A program made the position numbers and the translations under genes. From the IMG/VR virus record IMGVR_UViG_3300046007_008124, positions 1 through 64,000 of that record: a stretch of 64,000 bases of DNA. One strand, written 5' to 3'. The DNA comes from a virus. The notes under the pieces were generated by a model. That model did not search any database and was not told the origin of the DNA. It worked only from the letters and a program-made list of their open reading frames with translations. Below are positions 28,005-38,593 of this stretch, piece after piece; the first letter of the stretch is position 1, and each line of letters opens with the position of its first letter.

Positions 28005-30974
28005 ATGGCTTACCAAAATATTAATCAATATGTCTATCAAAAAAATAGAATTGGTCTAGAATATGATAGTATGGATATGTCACTAGCCTCTGACGAAAGA
28101 GACTATAGTGAAGAAGTTGTATTCTCGCCTTTTATAATTGCTGAAACATACGGTAAAAAACTACCAATAAATATTGATATTGATAATCCATTAACAGTAC
28201 AACCGTTAAATCTTAGTTATAAAAATTATAATCAAAATAATATTTTTGTTTCTCAAAATTATTATAACCCAAATGATGAATTATTAAATTGTTTAACAGC
28301 TGATACTGTTTGTGATATTGGTTTAACTGGTATCGATAATGGTTTAGTAAATAAAATGACTGGTGAAACATTAAATTTTACTGAAGGTATTTTTGAAGAT
28401 TCTGTAAAGTTTAATAGAATGTACTACGATAGAAGAATGAAAATGATACAAGTAACCGGATATACCGGAACTTATAGTCGTTTTTCTGGATTTACAAAAC
28501 AAACATTATATGAAGTTGTAAGTAAAAATCATCCACAATTTGGAAAATATCATGAACTATATGGTGGGTTTTACCAAGGGTTTTATAAACTATTTGGGTA
28601 TGACTATGAAATTTTACCAGAAAGAGTTACAAAAGGTTGGTCTGTTGAAATGGTTTTAAAACCAAGGTTATCAAATGAGTTTAGTCCTGGACCAAATGAA
28701 ACAACTTTAAACTTATTATATCCTCAAAATAAAAATACGTTTTTTTATATGGGGACAAGAGCTGAAAATAAATTTTATCATCACGCAGATGGTAGTCCAA
28801 AATGTTTTACAGGTTACACAAGAGTTACAACACCACTTGCAAATTGTTTACAAACTTGTGCTTGTTGTAATAAAGCTATAACAAATAGTAGATGTATATT
28901 TGTTTACCCACCAAGGTCAAAAAATAATCAACACGACCCACACGCAAATTATGGTTGTGATAAATGTAATGGTGTTAATAGTGTTAAAATAAGTTGTGGT
29001 TGCGGTTGTAATGAATCACCTTGTGATACTTGCGGTTGGGAATGTCAAACACACCAATGTGAAACAATATTCTACCCAACACCAACACCAACACCAACAC
29101 CAAGTCCAACACCGACTTGTCAAGATGTAACACCTATTTGTACACCTAGTTGTGCAACTTGTAATGATTGTGTTGATTGTGTTGATTGTGGAACAACTGG
29201 TTATACATCAATAGAAGATACTTGTGAGAAAGATCCGTTATTTGATTTAATGTCAAATAATATTTCATTTAAATTATGTGGTGACCCAAAAAACCCATCA
29301 ATTGGTGTTAAAGTTTTAAGATTTACCGGTGGATGTGAAACAACAGGAACTTGTGTTACCGGACAAACCTATATGACCGGATATACAATTCAAGAATATT
29401 GTTCACCACCAATATACCCAAGATGTGAAAAAGAAAATCCTTCTTGGTTAAATTTGGAACATTGGTTTCAAGTCGATGTTGTTTGGAGAAGGTATACAAA
29501 TTATGATTTTTGTGATTTAAAATATTTTGGTGGACTTGCGGATATAACAGAAATTAAATATTTAGATTCTTTAGCAAATAATACCGTCAATTTAATTAAG
29601 CCACCTTTAACTCATACAAATGAATTTGGAGAAACAATTGAAATTGTTAATTTAAATAAAAAGTGGTTAGATGAGAAAAAGGATAGACTTGGCAGATTAC
29701 GAATTTATGTTAATGGAAAACCAATATATACTTTAGAAAATTTTGAAGAGGTTATTCCAAGAGCACTAAATACAGATAAAGAAAGACAATTAGCGGTACC
29801 ATTTAATATTTCTTGGGGTGGAGGAACACAAGGTCTTCACGAAAATTTAACATTTTCATCTTGTACCGGTTTAACCTCAAATTATATCCAAGACCCTGAA
29901 TGTTTTCCAACATCAGTTTTAAGTGGGACAACATTATCTGGGTTAACAACAAATATATTATTAGAAAAAGAATTTGGTGGAACGTTTGAAGGTGGTATTT
30001 CACAATTTAGAATGTATGTTGAACCTTTAACTGGTGATGAAATTAAACACAACTTTTTATTGTTAAAAGATAAATTTGCAATGTTTGACCCAGATTGTCC
30101 AGATTGTGGTGATGATTTCTGTGAGGTTGATGATTTTACTTATGTTATTAATGATGTAACAACAACCACAACAACAATACCGGTTACAACAACCACAACA
30201 ACATTTAATCCATATCTTTTAATAACGCAAGATTTTGAACCAATTATAACTCAAGATAACGATAATATTATTTGGTATTGGCCAACACCAATGGTTGGTG
30301 GATTTAGTCCTGATAGTATTTTATTTGGTAGAACGTATATTCAAGATAACAGAGATCAAAATTATTTAATTCAAAATCATTTTAATCAAAAATTAAATTC
30401 AAAAACATTAACACAAAGATATTGGGACGACAATGGATGGTGGGGTGACCAAGGATATTTACCACATTGTGTTGGTTATGCTTGGGCTCATTGGTTAGAA
30501 GATGGTCCAGTTGAACAGTCTGGTATTCCACCAATTATAAAACCAATAGACATTTATAAAAATGCACAAAAACTTGACGAATGGTACGGTGAAAATTATG
30601 ATGGAACTTCTGTAAGGGGTGGTGTTAAATTTTTACAACAACAAAAGAAAGTAAAATCATATTATTGGACATATGATTTAAACACACTTATAAATACTGT
30701 TTTAAATGTAGGACCAGTTGTTGTTGGTACAAACTGGTATTATGGAATGTTTTATCCGGATAAAAATGGTTTAATTAAAGTTAGGGGTGCTTTAGCTGGT
30801 GGACATGCTTATATAATTAATGGTATTGATACCAAAACAAAACAGTTTAGAATAAAAAATAGTTGGGGTAAAAGTTGGGGAAAACAAGGTCGCGCATTTA
30901 TTTCATTTACTGATATGACAAGATTAATTAGAGAACAAGGTGAAATTTGTTTAGCAACAGAAATAAAATCATAA
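28005..30974 (+). CDS. large putative virion protein: LamG-like region, Cys-rich and Pro/Thr inserts, C-terminal papain-like (C1) peptidase
   Basis: FEGGISQFRMY...IKHNF; PTPTPTP and T-rich linkers; DQGYLPHC, GGHA, KNSWGKSWG catalytic motifs. Confidence 0.8.
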   Translation: MAYQNINQYVYQKNRIGLEYDSMDMSLASDERDYSEEVVFSPFIIAETYGKKLPINIDIDNPLTVQPLNLSYKNYNQNNIFVSQNYYNPNDELLNCLTADTVCDIGLTGIDNGLVNKMTGETLNFTEGIFEDSVKFNRMYYDRRMKMIQVTGYTGTYSRFSGFTKQTLYEVVSKNHPQFGKYHELYGGFYQGFYKLFGYDYEILPERVTKGWSVEMVLKPRLSNEFSPGPNETTLNLLYPQNKNTFFYMGTRAENKFYHHADGSPKCFTGYTRVTTPLANCLQTCACCNKAITNSRCIFVYPPRSKNNQHDPHANYGCDKCNGVNSVKISCGCGCNESPCDTCGWECQTHQCETIFYPTPTPTPTPSPTPTCQDVTPICTPSCATCNDCVDCVDCGTTGYTSIEDTCEKDPLFDLMSNNISFKLCGDPKNPSIGVKVLRFTGGCETTGTCVTGQTYMTGYTIQEYCSPPIYPRCEKENPSWLNLEHWFQVDVVWRRYTNYDFCDLKYFGGLADITEIKYLDSLANNTVNLIKPPLTHTNEFGETIEIVNLNKKWLDEKKDRLGRLRIYVNGKPIYTLENFEEVIPRALNTDKERQLAVPFNISWGGGTQGLHENLTFSSCTGLTSNYIQDPECFPTSVLSGTTLSGLTTNILLEKEFGGTFEGGISQFRMYVEPLTGDEIKHNFLLLKDKFAMFDPDCPDCGDDFCEVDDFTYVINDVTTTTTTIPVTTTTTTFNPYLLITQDFEPIITQDNDNIIWYWPTPMVGGFSPDSILFGRTYIQDNRDQNYLIQNHFNQKLNSKTLTQRYWDDNGWWGDQGYLPHCVGYAWAHWLEDGPVEQSGIPPIIKPIDIYKNAQKLDEWYGENYDGTSVRGGVKFLQQQKKVKSYYWTYDLNTLINTVLNVGPVVVGTNWYYGMFYPDKNGLIKVRGALAGGHAYIINGIDTKTKQFRIKNSWGKSWGKQGRAFISFTDMTRLIREQGEICLATEIKS

Positions 30975-31005
30975 TATAAAACATATTTATTAAATAAAAA
31001 AAACT

Positions 31006-34000
31006 ATGGCAGATAAAAGAATAACCGACTTACCTTTAATATTATCTGGTGATATATCAACACAAGATGTATTACCAATAGTAGATGTCAATCTAGACAT
31101 TACAAATAAAATTGAGGTAGATCAATTAAAATCATATATATTAACAGGTGTTAATGATTATTATGTTACTGGTGGTACCTATTCTAATGGAACAATAACA
31201 TTAGGGAGACAAAATGGTTCTTTATCAATTAGCGGTTTATACACTGGATCAACAGATGTTTTTGTAACTGGTGGTACCTATGATAACACAACTGGAACAT
31301 TAACTTTAAAAGATAATAACGGAACGTCATTTGGTGTAACTGGATTTACAACTGGTGGTACTGGGACTTCTTTATATGAAGTTGGTTCTGGAACTGACTC
31401 AACACAAAGGGTTGGTGTTAATAATGTTGCAATCGGTAATTGTTCTGCTGTTTTAGCTGGATCCGGAAACACTGTAATATCAGAATTTTCTTTTATTGGT
31501 GGAGGTTATAATAATACTGCTGGTTTTAGTGGTGGTGTTAATTTTGTTTATAATGAAACATTTACAGGTAATATACCTTCATCAGGATTTTACGGTTCAA
31601 TTCCACCATCATCAACACTTTCCGGTCTTGGTTCTGGTTCAACTTTTTCATTTTATTTTTCAACTCAAACAACTTTAAGTAATGTTTATGTTGACAATCA
31701 AGGTAGTGGATATGTTAGTGGTGATACATTAACATTTAACGGTTCAAATTTTGGTGGTGTAACACCTGCCGATAATGTTACAGTTCAAATCAACACATTA
31801 GGTGGTTCAAACATCGTTATTGGTGGTGGTCAAGGAAATACTGCAAATAGAGACTCATCAACAATTAGTGGTGGTTATATAAATAAAAGTAACGCAAACT
31901 GCTCAACAATCGGTGGTGGTTGTCGTAACATTATTTCAAATGATTCTTGTTACTCAACAATTAGTGGTGGTAGAAGAAATACCGGATACGGTTGTTACGG
32001 AGTAATTAGTGGTGGTCGTTGTAATGAAACTGGTGCTTATGGTACAATAACTGGAACATTTAATCAAGTGTATACCGGTGGTACTTTAAATGGAACTTTT
32101 TCTGGTGGTTATAACCCAACATCAACGACATCTGGTTATGGATTTGATGCTTCTTTTGGTTTTGTTTTTAATTTTGGTACTTTATCTAGTGTTAATATTC
32201 TTGGTGGTGGTAATCGATATATTGGAAATGATACTTTATTTTTTAATGGTAATATATTTCCTGGTGGAACAACTGGTATTGATGATGTAACATTTCAAGT
32301 TAGTACATCAATAAATAACTATGCAACAGTAGCTGGTGGATGTTGTAATACTGCATCTGGTGAATACTCAACAATTAGTGGTGGGTATGAAAATACAGTA
32401 TCCGGTGATTATTCAACTATTGGTGGGGGTTCTTGTAACACAATTAATACTAATTCGTGCTATTCAACTATTGGTGGTGGTGATGATAATACTATCCTTC
32501 AAGGTGATGTTGCAACAATCAGTGGTGGTGAAAATAATACGATAAGTGGTGCTTATTCATTTATTGGTGGTGGTTATAATAATATAATAACAAGTTCTGA
32601 TGCAACAATTGGTGGTGGTTGTAATAACACTGCAAGTGGTTACAAATCATTTATTGGTGGTGGAGAAAATAACGTTTCTGGACGAAATAATTTTGTTAGT
32701 GGAATAAATAGTTCTGTATATACTGGTGGTACTTTAAATAATACTTACGGTGGTATCTCACCAACATCAACATCAAGTGGTACTGGATCTGGGGTATTAT
32801 TTAGTTTTGATTTTGTTCTTGGTGTATTACAAACCATCCAAATACAAAACGGAGGTTCTGGTTATTCTAATGGTGAAACACTATATTTTAACGGTGGATT
32901 ATTTGGTGGTGGTTCATCTCCTTTAGATGATGTTTGGTTAAACATCCAAACAGAAAATAGCACACATACAACCGTAAGTGGCGGCTATTGTAACACATCA
33001 AGTGGGGATTACTCAACCGTAAGTGGTGGATATAGAAACACATCAAGTTGTTATAGTTCAACAGTAAGTGGAGGTATTAATAACAAATCAAGTGGTAATT
33101 CTTCAACCGTAGGAGGTGGTCTTGAAAATACATCAAGTTGTTGTTATTCAACAGTAAGTGGGGGACGTAGAAATACATCAAGTGGTTATCATTCAACCGT
33201 AAGTGGTGGATACCGTAATACATCAAGTGGTCAATATTCAACCGTAAGTGGCGGACAATTTAACACATCAAGTGGTAATTATTCATTTGTTGGTGGTGGA
33301 CAATGTAACGCGTCAAACTCTATTAACTCAACCGTAAGTGGTGGATTTTGTAATACAACAAGTGGAACTTACTCAACAATAGGTGGAGGTAATAATAATA
33401 AGTCTAGTGGTGGTTATTCAACACTAAGTGGTGGTCAAAATAATGTTGCCGGTGGTACACATTCATTTATTGGTAGTGGTTTTGGTAACGTTTCAGGTGT
33501 TAATGGATTTGTTACTGGTGTTACAGGTTTTGTATATACTGGAGGAACATTTAATAGTACATTCACCGGTGTTAGTCCAACTTCAACAAGTAGTGGATTA
33601 GGATCCAATGCGTTTTTTAACTTTAGTTTCCTTGGTGGTGTATTACAAAGTGTTACAGTACAATCAGCAGGATCTGATTATGTAAACGGAGATATACTAT
33701 ATTTTAATGCCGCTTCATTTTTTAGTACATCACCTCTTAATGATGTTTGGATAACAATATCAAGTGCTAGTAATTCATTTACAACAGTAGTTGGTGGTAG
33801 TCAAAACACATCAAGTGGATATCTATCAATTGTTGGTGCTGGTTATCAAAATACATCAAGTGGTTGTTATTCATTTATTGGTGGTGGATGGTGTAACACA
33901 ACGGTAGGTGATTGCTCAATGATACTTGGTGGTTATGCAAATAAATCTATCGGTACAAGAAGTGCTGTTGTGGGTGGTCAGAATATTGTAGCAACAGAAG

Positions 34001-34164
34001 ATGATATGACATATATGCCAAGTGCGAACATCCAATCAACCGGATATATTTATTTTGGAGACGTTAACACAAATGGTTCTTGGAGAATGAGTATATCTGG
34101 CGCAACATTTATAATTGAAAAAAGAGTCGGAGGTGTTTGGGTTGTGTCCGGAACATTCGTATAA
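31006..34164 (+). CDS. tail-fibre-like protein with 15-aa (S/T)(V/I)(S/G)GG beta-roll repeats
   Basis: KRITDLP N-terminus, YEVGSGTDSTQR motif, repeat arrays, four ~90-aa inserted modules. Confidence 0.75.
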   Translation: MADKRITDLPLILSGDISTQDVLPIVDVNLDITNKIEVDQLKSYILTGVNDYYVTGGTYSNGTITLGRQNGSLSISGLYTGSTDVFVTGGTYDNTTGTLTLKDNNGTSFGVTGFTTGGTGTSLYEVGSGTDSTQRVGVNNVAIGNCSAVLAGSGNTVISEFSFIGGGYNNTAGFSGGVNFVYNETFTGNIPSSGFYGSIPPSSTLSGLGSGSTFSFYFSTQTTLSNVYVDNQGSGYVSGDTLTFNGSNFGGVTPADNVTVQINTLGGSNIVIGGGQGNTANRDSSTISGGYINKSNANCSTIGGGCRNIISNDSCYSTISGGRRNTGYGCYGVISGGRCNETGAYGTITGTFNQVYTGGTLNGTFSGGYNPTSTTSGYGFDASFGFVFNFGTLSSVNILGGGNRYIGNDTLFFNGNIFPGGTTGIDDVTFQVSTSINNYATVAGGCCNTASGEYSTISGGYENTVSGDYSTIGGGSCNTINTNSCYSTIGGGDDNTILQGDVATISGGENNTISGAYSFIGGGYNNIITSSDATIGGGCNNTASGYKSFIGGGENNVSGRNNFVSGINSSVYTGGTLNNTYGGISPTSTSSGTGSGVLFSFDFVLGVLQTIQIQNGGSGYSNGETLYFNGGLFGGGSSPLDDVWLNIQTENSTHTTVSGGYCNTSSGDYSTVSGGYRNTSSCYSSTVSGGINNKSSGNSSTVGGGLENTSSCCYSTVSGGRRNTSSGYHSTVSGGYRNTSSGQYSTVSGGQFNTSSGNYSFVGGGQCNASNSINSTVSGGFCNTTSGTYSTIGGGNNNKSSGGYSTLSGGQNNVAGGTHSFIGSGFGNVSGVNGFVTGVTGFVYTGGTFNSTFTGVSPTSTSSGLGSNAFFNFSFLGGVLQSVTVQSAGSDYVNGDILYFNAASFFSTSPLNDVWITISSASNSFTTVVGGSQNTSSGYLSIVGAGYQNTSSGCYSFIGGGWCNTTVGDCSMILGGYANKSIGTRSAVVGGQNIVATEDDMTYMPSANIQSTGYIYFGDVNTNGSWRMSISGATFIIEKRVGGVWVVSGTFV

Positions 34165-34189
34165 ATAAAATAAAAAAATAAAATAAAAA

Positions 34190-37100
34190 ATGGGATTTAA
34201 TACAGACATATTAAGTGCAACAACAATAAGTGGTGGAACATTCTATGGTGATGGTTCCGGATTAGTTGATAACACAATTACCGAAATTATAAATTCACCA
34301 ACACAGAATCCACTTAATGTTAACACAAGTAATGATTATTTACCAATTACTGGTAATGACCAATATCAAGATGAAGCAAGTAACTATATTTCTTGGACAA
34401 ATGGGTCAAATAATGGGACAGGATTTAATCCTTGGACCATAACTACACAACCAAATACTGGTGTGTTTTTAGGTAATCCAGCGTCGGATGGTATGGGAAC
34501 CGCCGGTATTGGAACAAACGCATTTGCTCTTTTTGCAACTGACGGATCAAATTATGTATCAACATCAAGAACATTTACATCTGGAATGAATGTTGGTGAT
34601 GTATTTAGTTTTTATTGGGCGATAAATTTTGACGCAAATGGTGGTAATAAAGGTTTTGATTTAAAAGCTGGTGGTACAACAATTTTTAATGCTAATAATA
34701 ATAATTCTGCAACAATAACATCAAACTTATCTTCACCTAATAACATTATTGATAGTGGTTATGGTACAACACCAATGTTAGTTACTCTAACTAGAACAAG
34801 TGATATTCTTTATAATATAACAATAACATCTAGAAGTGGTGGACCAACTTATTCTGCATCAATAAATTCACCATTGGTTGTCAATGAAATTAATTTTTAT
34901 TGTGGTGCTCAAGGTGATGGTTTAGGACAAAGGAATTTATTTTTTAATCAACTTTTAATTACAAAAACAACAGAGTTATTAAAAATAACAGTTGATGATT
35001 TGGGAAGTTTGTTTGGTGGTGGGTCTTTATATGAAGTTGGTTCCGGTACAGACTCAACACAAAGATGTGGTGTTAATAATGTTGCTAGTGGCAATTGTTC
35101 TATTGTTGCAGGTGGTGATTATAACACATCATTATCACCTTCTTCAGTTATAAGTGGTGGTAAATGTAATACAGCAGACTGTAATTTTTCAACCGTAAGT
35201 GGTGGTTATTCTAATAAAACTTATGGTGGTTGTTCATTTGTAGGTGGCGGTGTTCGTAACACAGCAAGTAATAACTTTTCAATAGTTGGTGGTGGTTGTA
35301 TCAACACATCAAGTGGTAACTACTCAACAATAAGTGGTGGTCGTCAAAATACATCAAGTGATTATTATTCAACCGTAAGTGGCGGTCGTCAAAATACATC
35401 AAGTAGTTGTTATTCAACTATAAGTGGTGGTCGTCAAAATACATCAAGTAGTTGTTATTCAACTATAAGTGGTGGTTATCGTAATGTTTCAGGAATAAAC
35501 GGAACCGTAAGTGGTGTTTACAATCAAACATATTTAGGTAGCACATTAAATGGAACATTTAATTCAATATCTCCATCATCAACATCTTCTGGTTATGGTA
35601 ATGGTGCAATATTTAATTTTGTTTTTAACACCGGAAGTTTATCTACTGTTACTCTTGTAACAATTGGTTCTGGATATGTAAACGGAAATTTATTAACCTT
35701 TGACGGAACTTTATTTGGTGGATCAAGTGGAACCGACGATGTTACATTAAATATTAATACACAAAACATAGGAAATAGTTCAACCGTAAGTGGAGGTCGT
35801 GGTAACACATCAATTGGTGGATATTCAACCGTAAGTGGGGGTGTTGGTAACACATCAAGTGCGTGTTATTCAACAATAAGTGGTGGAGTAAATAACACAT
35901 CAAGTTGTAATTATTCATTTGTTGGTGGAGGTCGCCAAAACACATCAAGTGGTGACCTTTCAACGATTGCCGGTGGTCTTCAAAACGCATCAAGTTGTAA
36001 ATATTCAACCGTAAGTGGTGGTGCTTTTAATACATCAAGTAGTGATAATTCATTTATTGGTGGTGGACTTAGAAATACAACAAGTGGACAATATTCAACT
36101 ATAAGTGGTGGTTATTGTAATGTTTCAGGAATAAATGGAATCGTAAGTAGTTTTTCTAATCAAACATATTTAGGAAGTACATTAAATGGAACATTTAATT
36201 CAATATCTCCATCATCAACATCTTCTGGTTATGGTAATGGTGCAACATTTAATTTTGTGTTTAACACAGGGAGTTTATCTACTGTTACTCTTGTAACAAT
36301 TGGTTCTGGATATGTAAATGGAGATTTATTAACCTTTGACGGAACTTTATTTGGCGGATCAAGTGGAACCGATGATGTCACTTTAACTATTAACACATCA
36401 ACAATAGGAAATTGCTCAACCGTAAGTGGAGGTCGTGGTAACACATCAAGTGGAGATATATCAACCGTTGGTGGTGGTCGTTTTAACACATCAAGTGGAG
36501 ATATATCAACCGTAAGTGGTGGTTGGCAAAACACGTCAAGTGGATATAACTCAACAATAAGTGGGGGATATTGTAATACATCAAGTGGATATAACTCAAC
36601 CGTAAGTGGGGGATGTTGTAATACATCAAATGGTTGTGGATCATTTATTGGTGGTGGACGAAATAACACAATAAATTGTTTTTTTAATACAATTGGTGGT
36701 GGTCAAAATAACACATCAATTGGACAACAGTCTATAATTGGTGGTGGTTCTAGTAATGTGGCATTTGGTAGTGCTTCATTTATCGGTGGTGGTAGTCAAA
36801 ACACATCAAATGGCGGTGGGTCAACTATTAGTGGTGGAGTCGCTAACACATCAAGTGGTGATTCTTCAACCGTAAGTGGTGGTCGTTTTAACACATCAAT
36901 TGGCTGTTGCTCAACCGTAAGTGGTGGTTATTGTAATGTTTCAGGAATAAATGGAACCGTAAGTGGATTGTATAATCAAACATATTTAGGAAGCACATTA
37001 AATGGAACATTTAATTCAATATCTCCATCATCAACATCTTCTGGTTATGGTAATGGTGCAACATTTAATTTTTTGTTTAACACAGGAAGTTTATCTACTG

Positions 37101-37783
37101 TTACTCTTGTAACAATTGGTTCTGGATATGTAAACGGTGATCAATTATTATTTGATGGTACTTTATTTGGTGGATCAAGTGGAACCGATGATGTTACTTT
37201 AAATATTAATACACAAACAATAGGAAATTGCTCAACAATAGGTGGAGGTCACCAAAACACATCAAACGGAAATTCTTCAACAGTAAGTGGTGGTTATAGA
37301 AACACATCAAGTGGTAATTACTCAACCGTAAGTGGTGGAGTAAATAACACATCAAGTGGAGATATATCAACCGTAAGTGGTGGAGTAAATAACACATCAA
37401 GTTGTAATTATTCATTTGTTGGTGGAGGTTATAATAACACATCAAGTGGTCAATATTCAACAATAAGTGGTGGAGGTTGTAACACATCAAGTAGTGATAA
37501 TTCATTTATTGGTGGTGGACTTAGAAATACAACAAGTGGACAATATTCAACTATAAGTGGTGGATATCGTAACACGTCAATAAATGTTTATTCGGCAATA
37601 CTTGGAGGACAAAGTAATACATCCCAACACGATTGTTCATTTATTGTTGGTAGCGGAATTTTTAGTACAGCGGCAAACACAACACACGTAAATTGTTTAC
37701 ACTTTAGTAATATACCAACAAGTTCAGCGGGTCTTGCTCCAGGAACAGTATGGAATAATGGTGGTGTATTAAACATAGCATAA
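34190..37783 (+). CDS. tail-fibre-like repeat protein with inserted N-terminal beta domain
   Basis: Same repeats, three near-identical ~95-aa modules, C-terminal IPTSSAGLAPGTVWNNGGVLNI. Confidence 0.75.
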   Translation: MGFNTDILSATTISGGTFYGDGSGLVDNTITEIINSPTQNPLNVNTSNDYLPITGNDQYQDEASNYISWTNGSNNGTGFNPWTITTQPNTGVFLGNPASDGMGTAGIGTNAFALFATDGSNYVSTSRTFTSGMNVGDVFSFYWAINFDANGGNKGFDLKAGGTTIFNANNNNSATITSNLSSPNNIIDSGYGTTPMLVTLTRTSDILYNITITSRSGGPTYSASINSPLVVNEINFYCGAQGDGLGQRNLFFNQLLITKTTELLKITVDDLGSLFGGGSLYEVGSGTDSTQRCGVNNVASGNCSIVAGGDYNTSLSPSSVISGGKCNTADCNFSTVSGGYSNKTYGGCSFVGGGVRNTASNNFSIVGGGCINTSSGNYSTISGGRQNTSSDYYSTVSGGRQNTSSSCYSTISGGRQNTSSSCYSTISGGYRNVSGINGTVSGVYNQTYLGSTLNGTFNSISPSSTSSGYGNGAIFNFVFNTGSLSTVTLVTIGSGYVNGNLLTFDGTLFGGSSGTDDVTLNINTQNIGNSSTVSGGRGNTSIGGYSTVSGGVGNTSSACYSTISGGVNNTSSCNYSFVGGGRQNTSSGDLSTIAGGLQNASSCKYSTVSGGAFNTSSSDNSFIGGGLRNTTSGQYSTISGGYCNVSGINGIVSSFSNQTYLGSTLNGTFNSISPSSTSSGYGNGATFNFVFNTGSLSTVTLVTIGSGYVNGDLLTFDGTLFGGSSGTDDVTLTINTSTIGNCSTVSGGRGNTSSGDISTVGGGRFNTSSGDISTVSGGWQNTSSGYNSTISGGYCNTSSGYNSTVSGGCCNTSNGCGSFIGGGRNNTINCFFNTIGGGQNNTSIGQQSIIGGGSSNVAFGSASFIGGGSQNTSNGGGSTISGGVANTSSGDSSTVSGGRFNTSIGCCSTVSGGYCNVSGINGTVSGLYNQTYLGSTLNGTFNSISPSSTSSGYGNGATFNFLFNTGSLSTVTLVTIGSGYVNGDQLLFDGTLFGGSSGTDDVTLNINTQTIGNCSTIGGGHQNTSNGNSSTVSGGYRNTSSGNYSTVSGGVNNTSSGDISTVSGGVNNTSSCNYSFVGGGYNNTSSGQYSTISGGGCNTSSSDNSFIGGGLRNTTSGQYSTISGGYRNTSINVYSAILGGQSNTSQHDCSFIVGSGIFSTAANTTHVNCLHFSNIPTSSAGLAPGTVWNNGGVLNIA
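35483..37222 (+). repeat. ~290-bp module repeated at ~35483, ~36119 and ~36935 (fourth copy at ~56094..56381)
   Basis: AATGTTTCAGGAATAAAyGGAA...TCTCCATCATCAACATCTTCTGGTTATGGTAATGGTGCAA...GGATCAAGTGGAACCGAyGATGT is nearly identical in all copies. Confidence 0.9.
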
Positions 37784-37800
37784 AATTAAATAAATTTAAA

Positions 37801-38322
37801 ATGAAAAAAGTATTTAAAGATTTTTTAAACAAGTATTATAAAGAAAGTTTAGTCAGAAAAAAAGATAAAAATCAAAAAGATTTTGGGTCAAAAGTTAATG
37901 ATTGTATAGTACAAGTCTACAATAAAAATTCTGATAAACAAATAACAAGTAAGGACGTTATTTTACCGTCAGGTTGTTACTCAATGATGTTAGAAACTGA
38001 AGATGAAAATGTATTTACAAAATGTTTGTCTATTTTACCAAATATGAACGATATAATTGTGAGTCAAATTAAAACTTGTATAAAAGGTCAAAACGTTACT
38101 TGTGTTAAAGGTGTTGGTTTTACAATAGAAAAAGCTGGTGATATAATATATACGGATTGTTGTGGTCAAACTAATGCAAATTTTTACAATGAAAATAAAT
38201 ATTTTCTTGATGTTTGTATAAAGAGTGGTTCACTTTTACCTTATGATAAAAAGGGTAAACCGGCTAGCATTATTAAAATAGAATATGAAAATCAAAAATG
38301 TATTTGTGATAGTAAACAATAA
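37801..38322 (+). CDS. hypothetical Cys-rich protein
   Basis: 173 aa with YTDCCG and other Cys. Confidence 0.6.
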   Translation: MKKVFKDFLNKYYKESLVRKKDKNQKDFGSKVNDCIVQVYNKNSDKQITSKDVILPSGCYSMMLETEDENVFTKCLSILPNMNDIIVSQIKTCIKGQNVTCVKGVGFTIEKAGDIIYTDCCGQTNANFYNENKYFLDVCIKSGSLLPYDKKGKPASIIKIEYENQKCICDSKQ

Positions 38323-38340
38323 ATCAAAAATAAAACAAAA

Positions 38341-38523
38341 ATGGAAATTAAATTATTATTTAAGTATGAAGAACCAAAACAAATTGGTGAACACAAGGTA
38401 ATTGCAATTAGACAAGTACCAAGAGGAATTAGATTTAGAACTGAAAATGGACCAATCCTTAAAGAAGTTGCATTTAAAGAAACTTGGACTGAAGAAGAAT
38501 TGCACGCATTATTATTAAGTTAA
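38341..38523 (+). CDS. small hypothetical protein
   Basis: 60 aa with A-rich leader, followed by a terminator. Confidence 0.6.
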   Translation: MEIKLLFKYEEPKQIGEHKVIAIRQVPRGIRFRTENGPILKEVAFKETWTEEELHALLLS

Positions 38524-38528
38524 TAAAC

Positions 38529-38558
38529 AAAACCCCACCTTTAAAAGTGGGGTTTTTT
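38529..38558 (+). terminator. intrinsic terminator
   Basis: AAAACCCCAC-CTTTAAAA-GTGGGGTTTTTT. Confidence 0.85.
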
Positions 38559-38593
38559 ATACACTTTTTTGTTACAAATAATATAATTGTATT

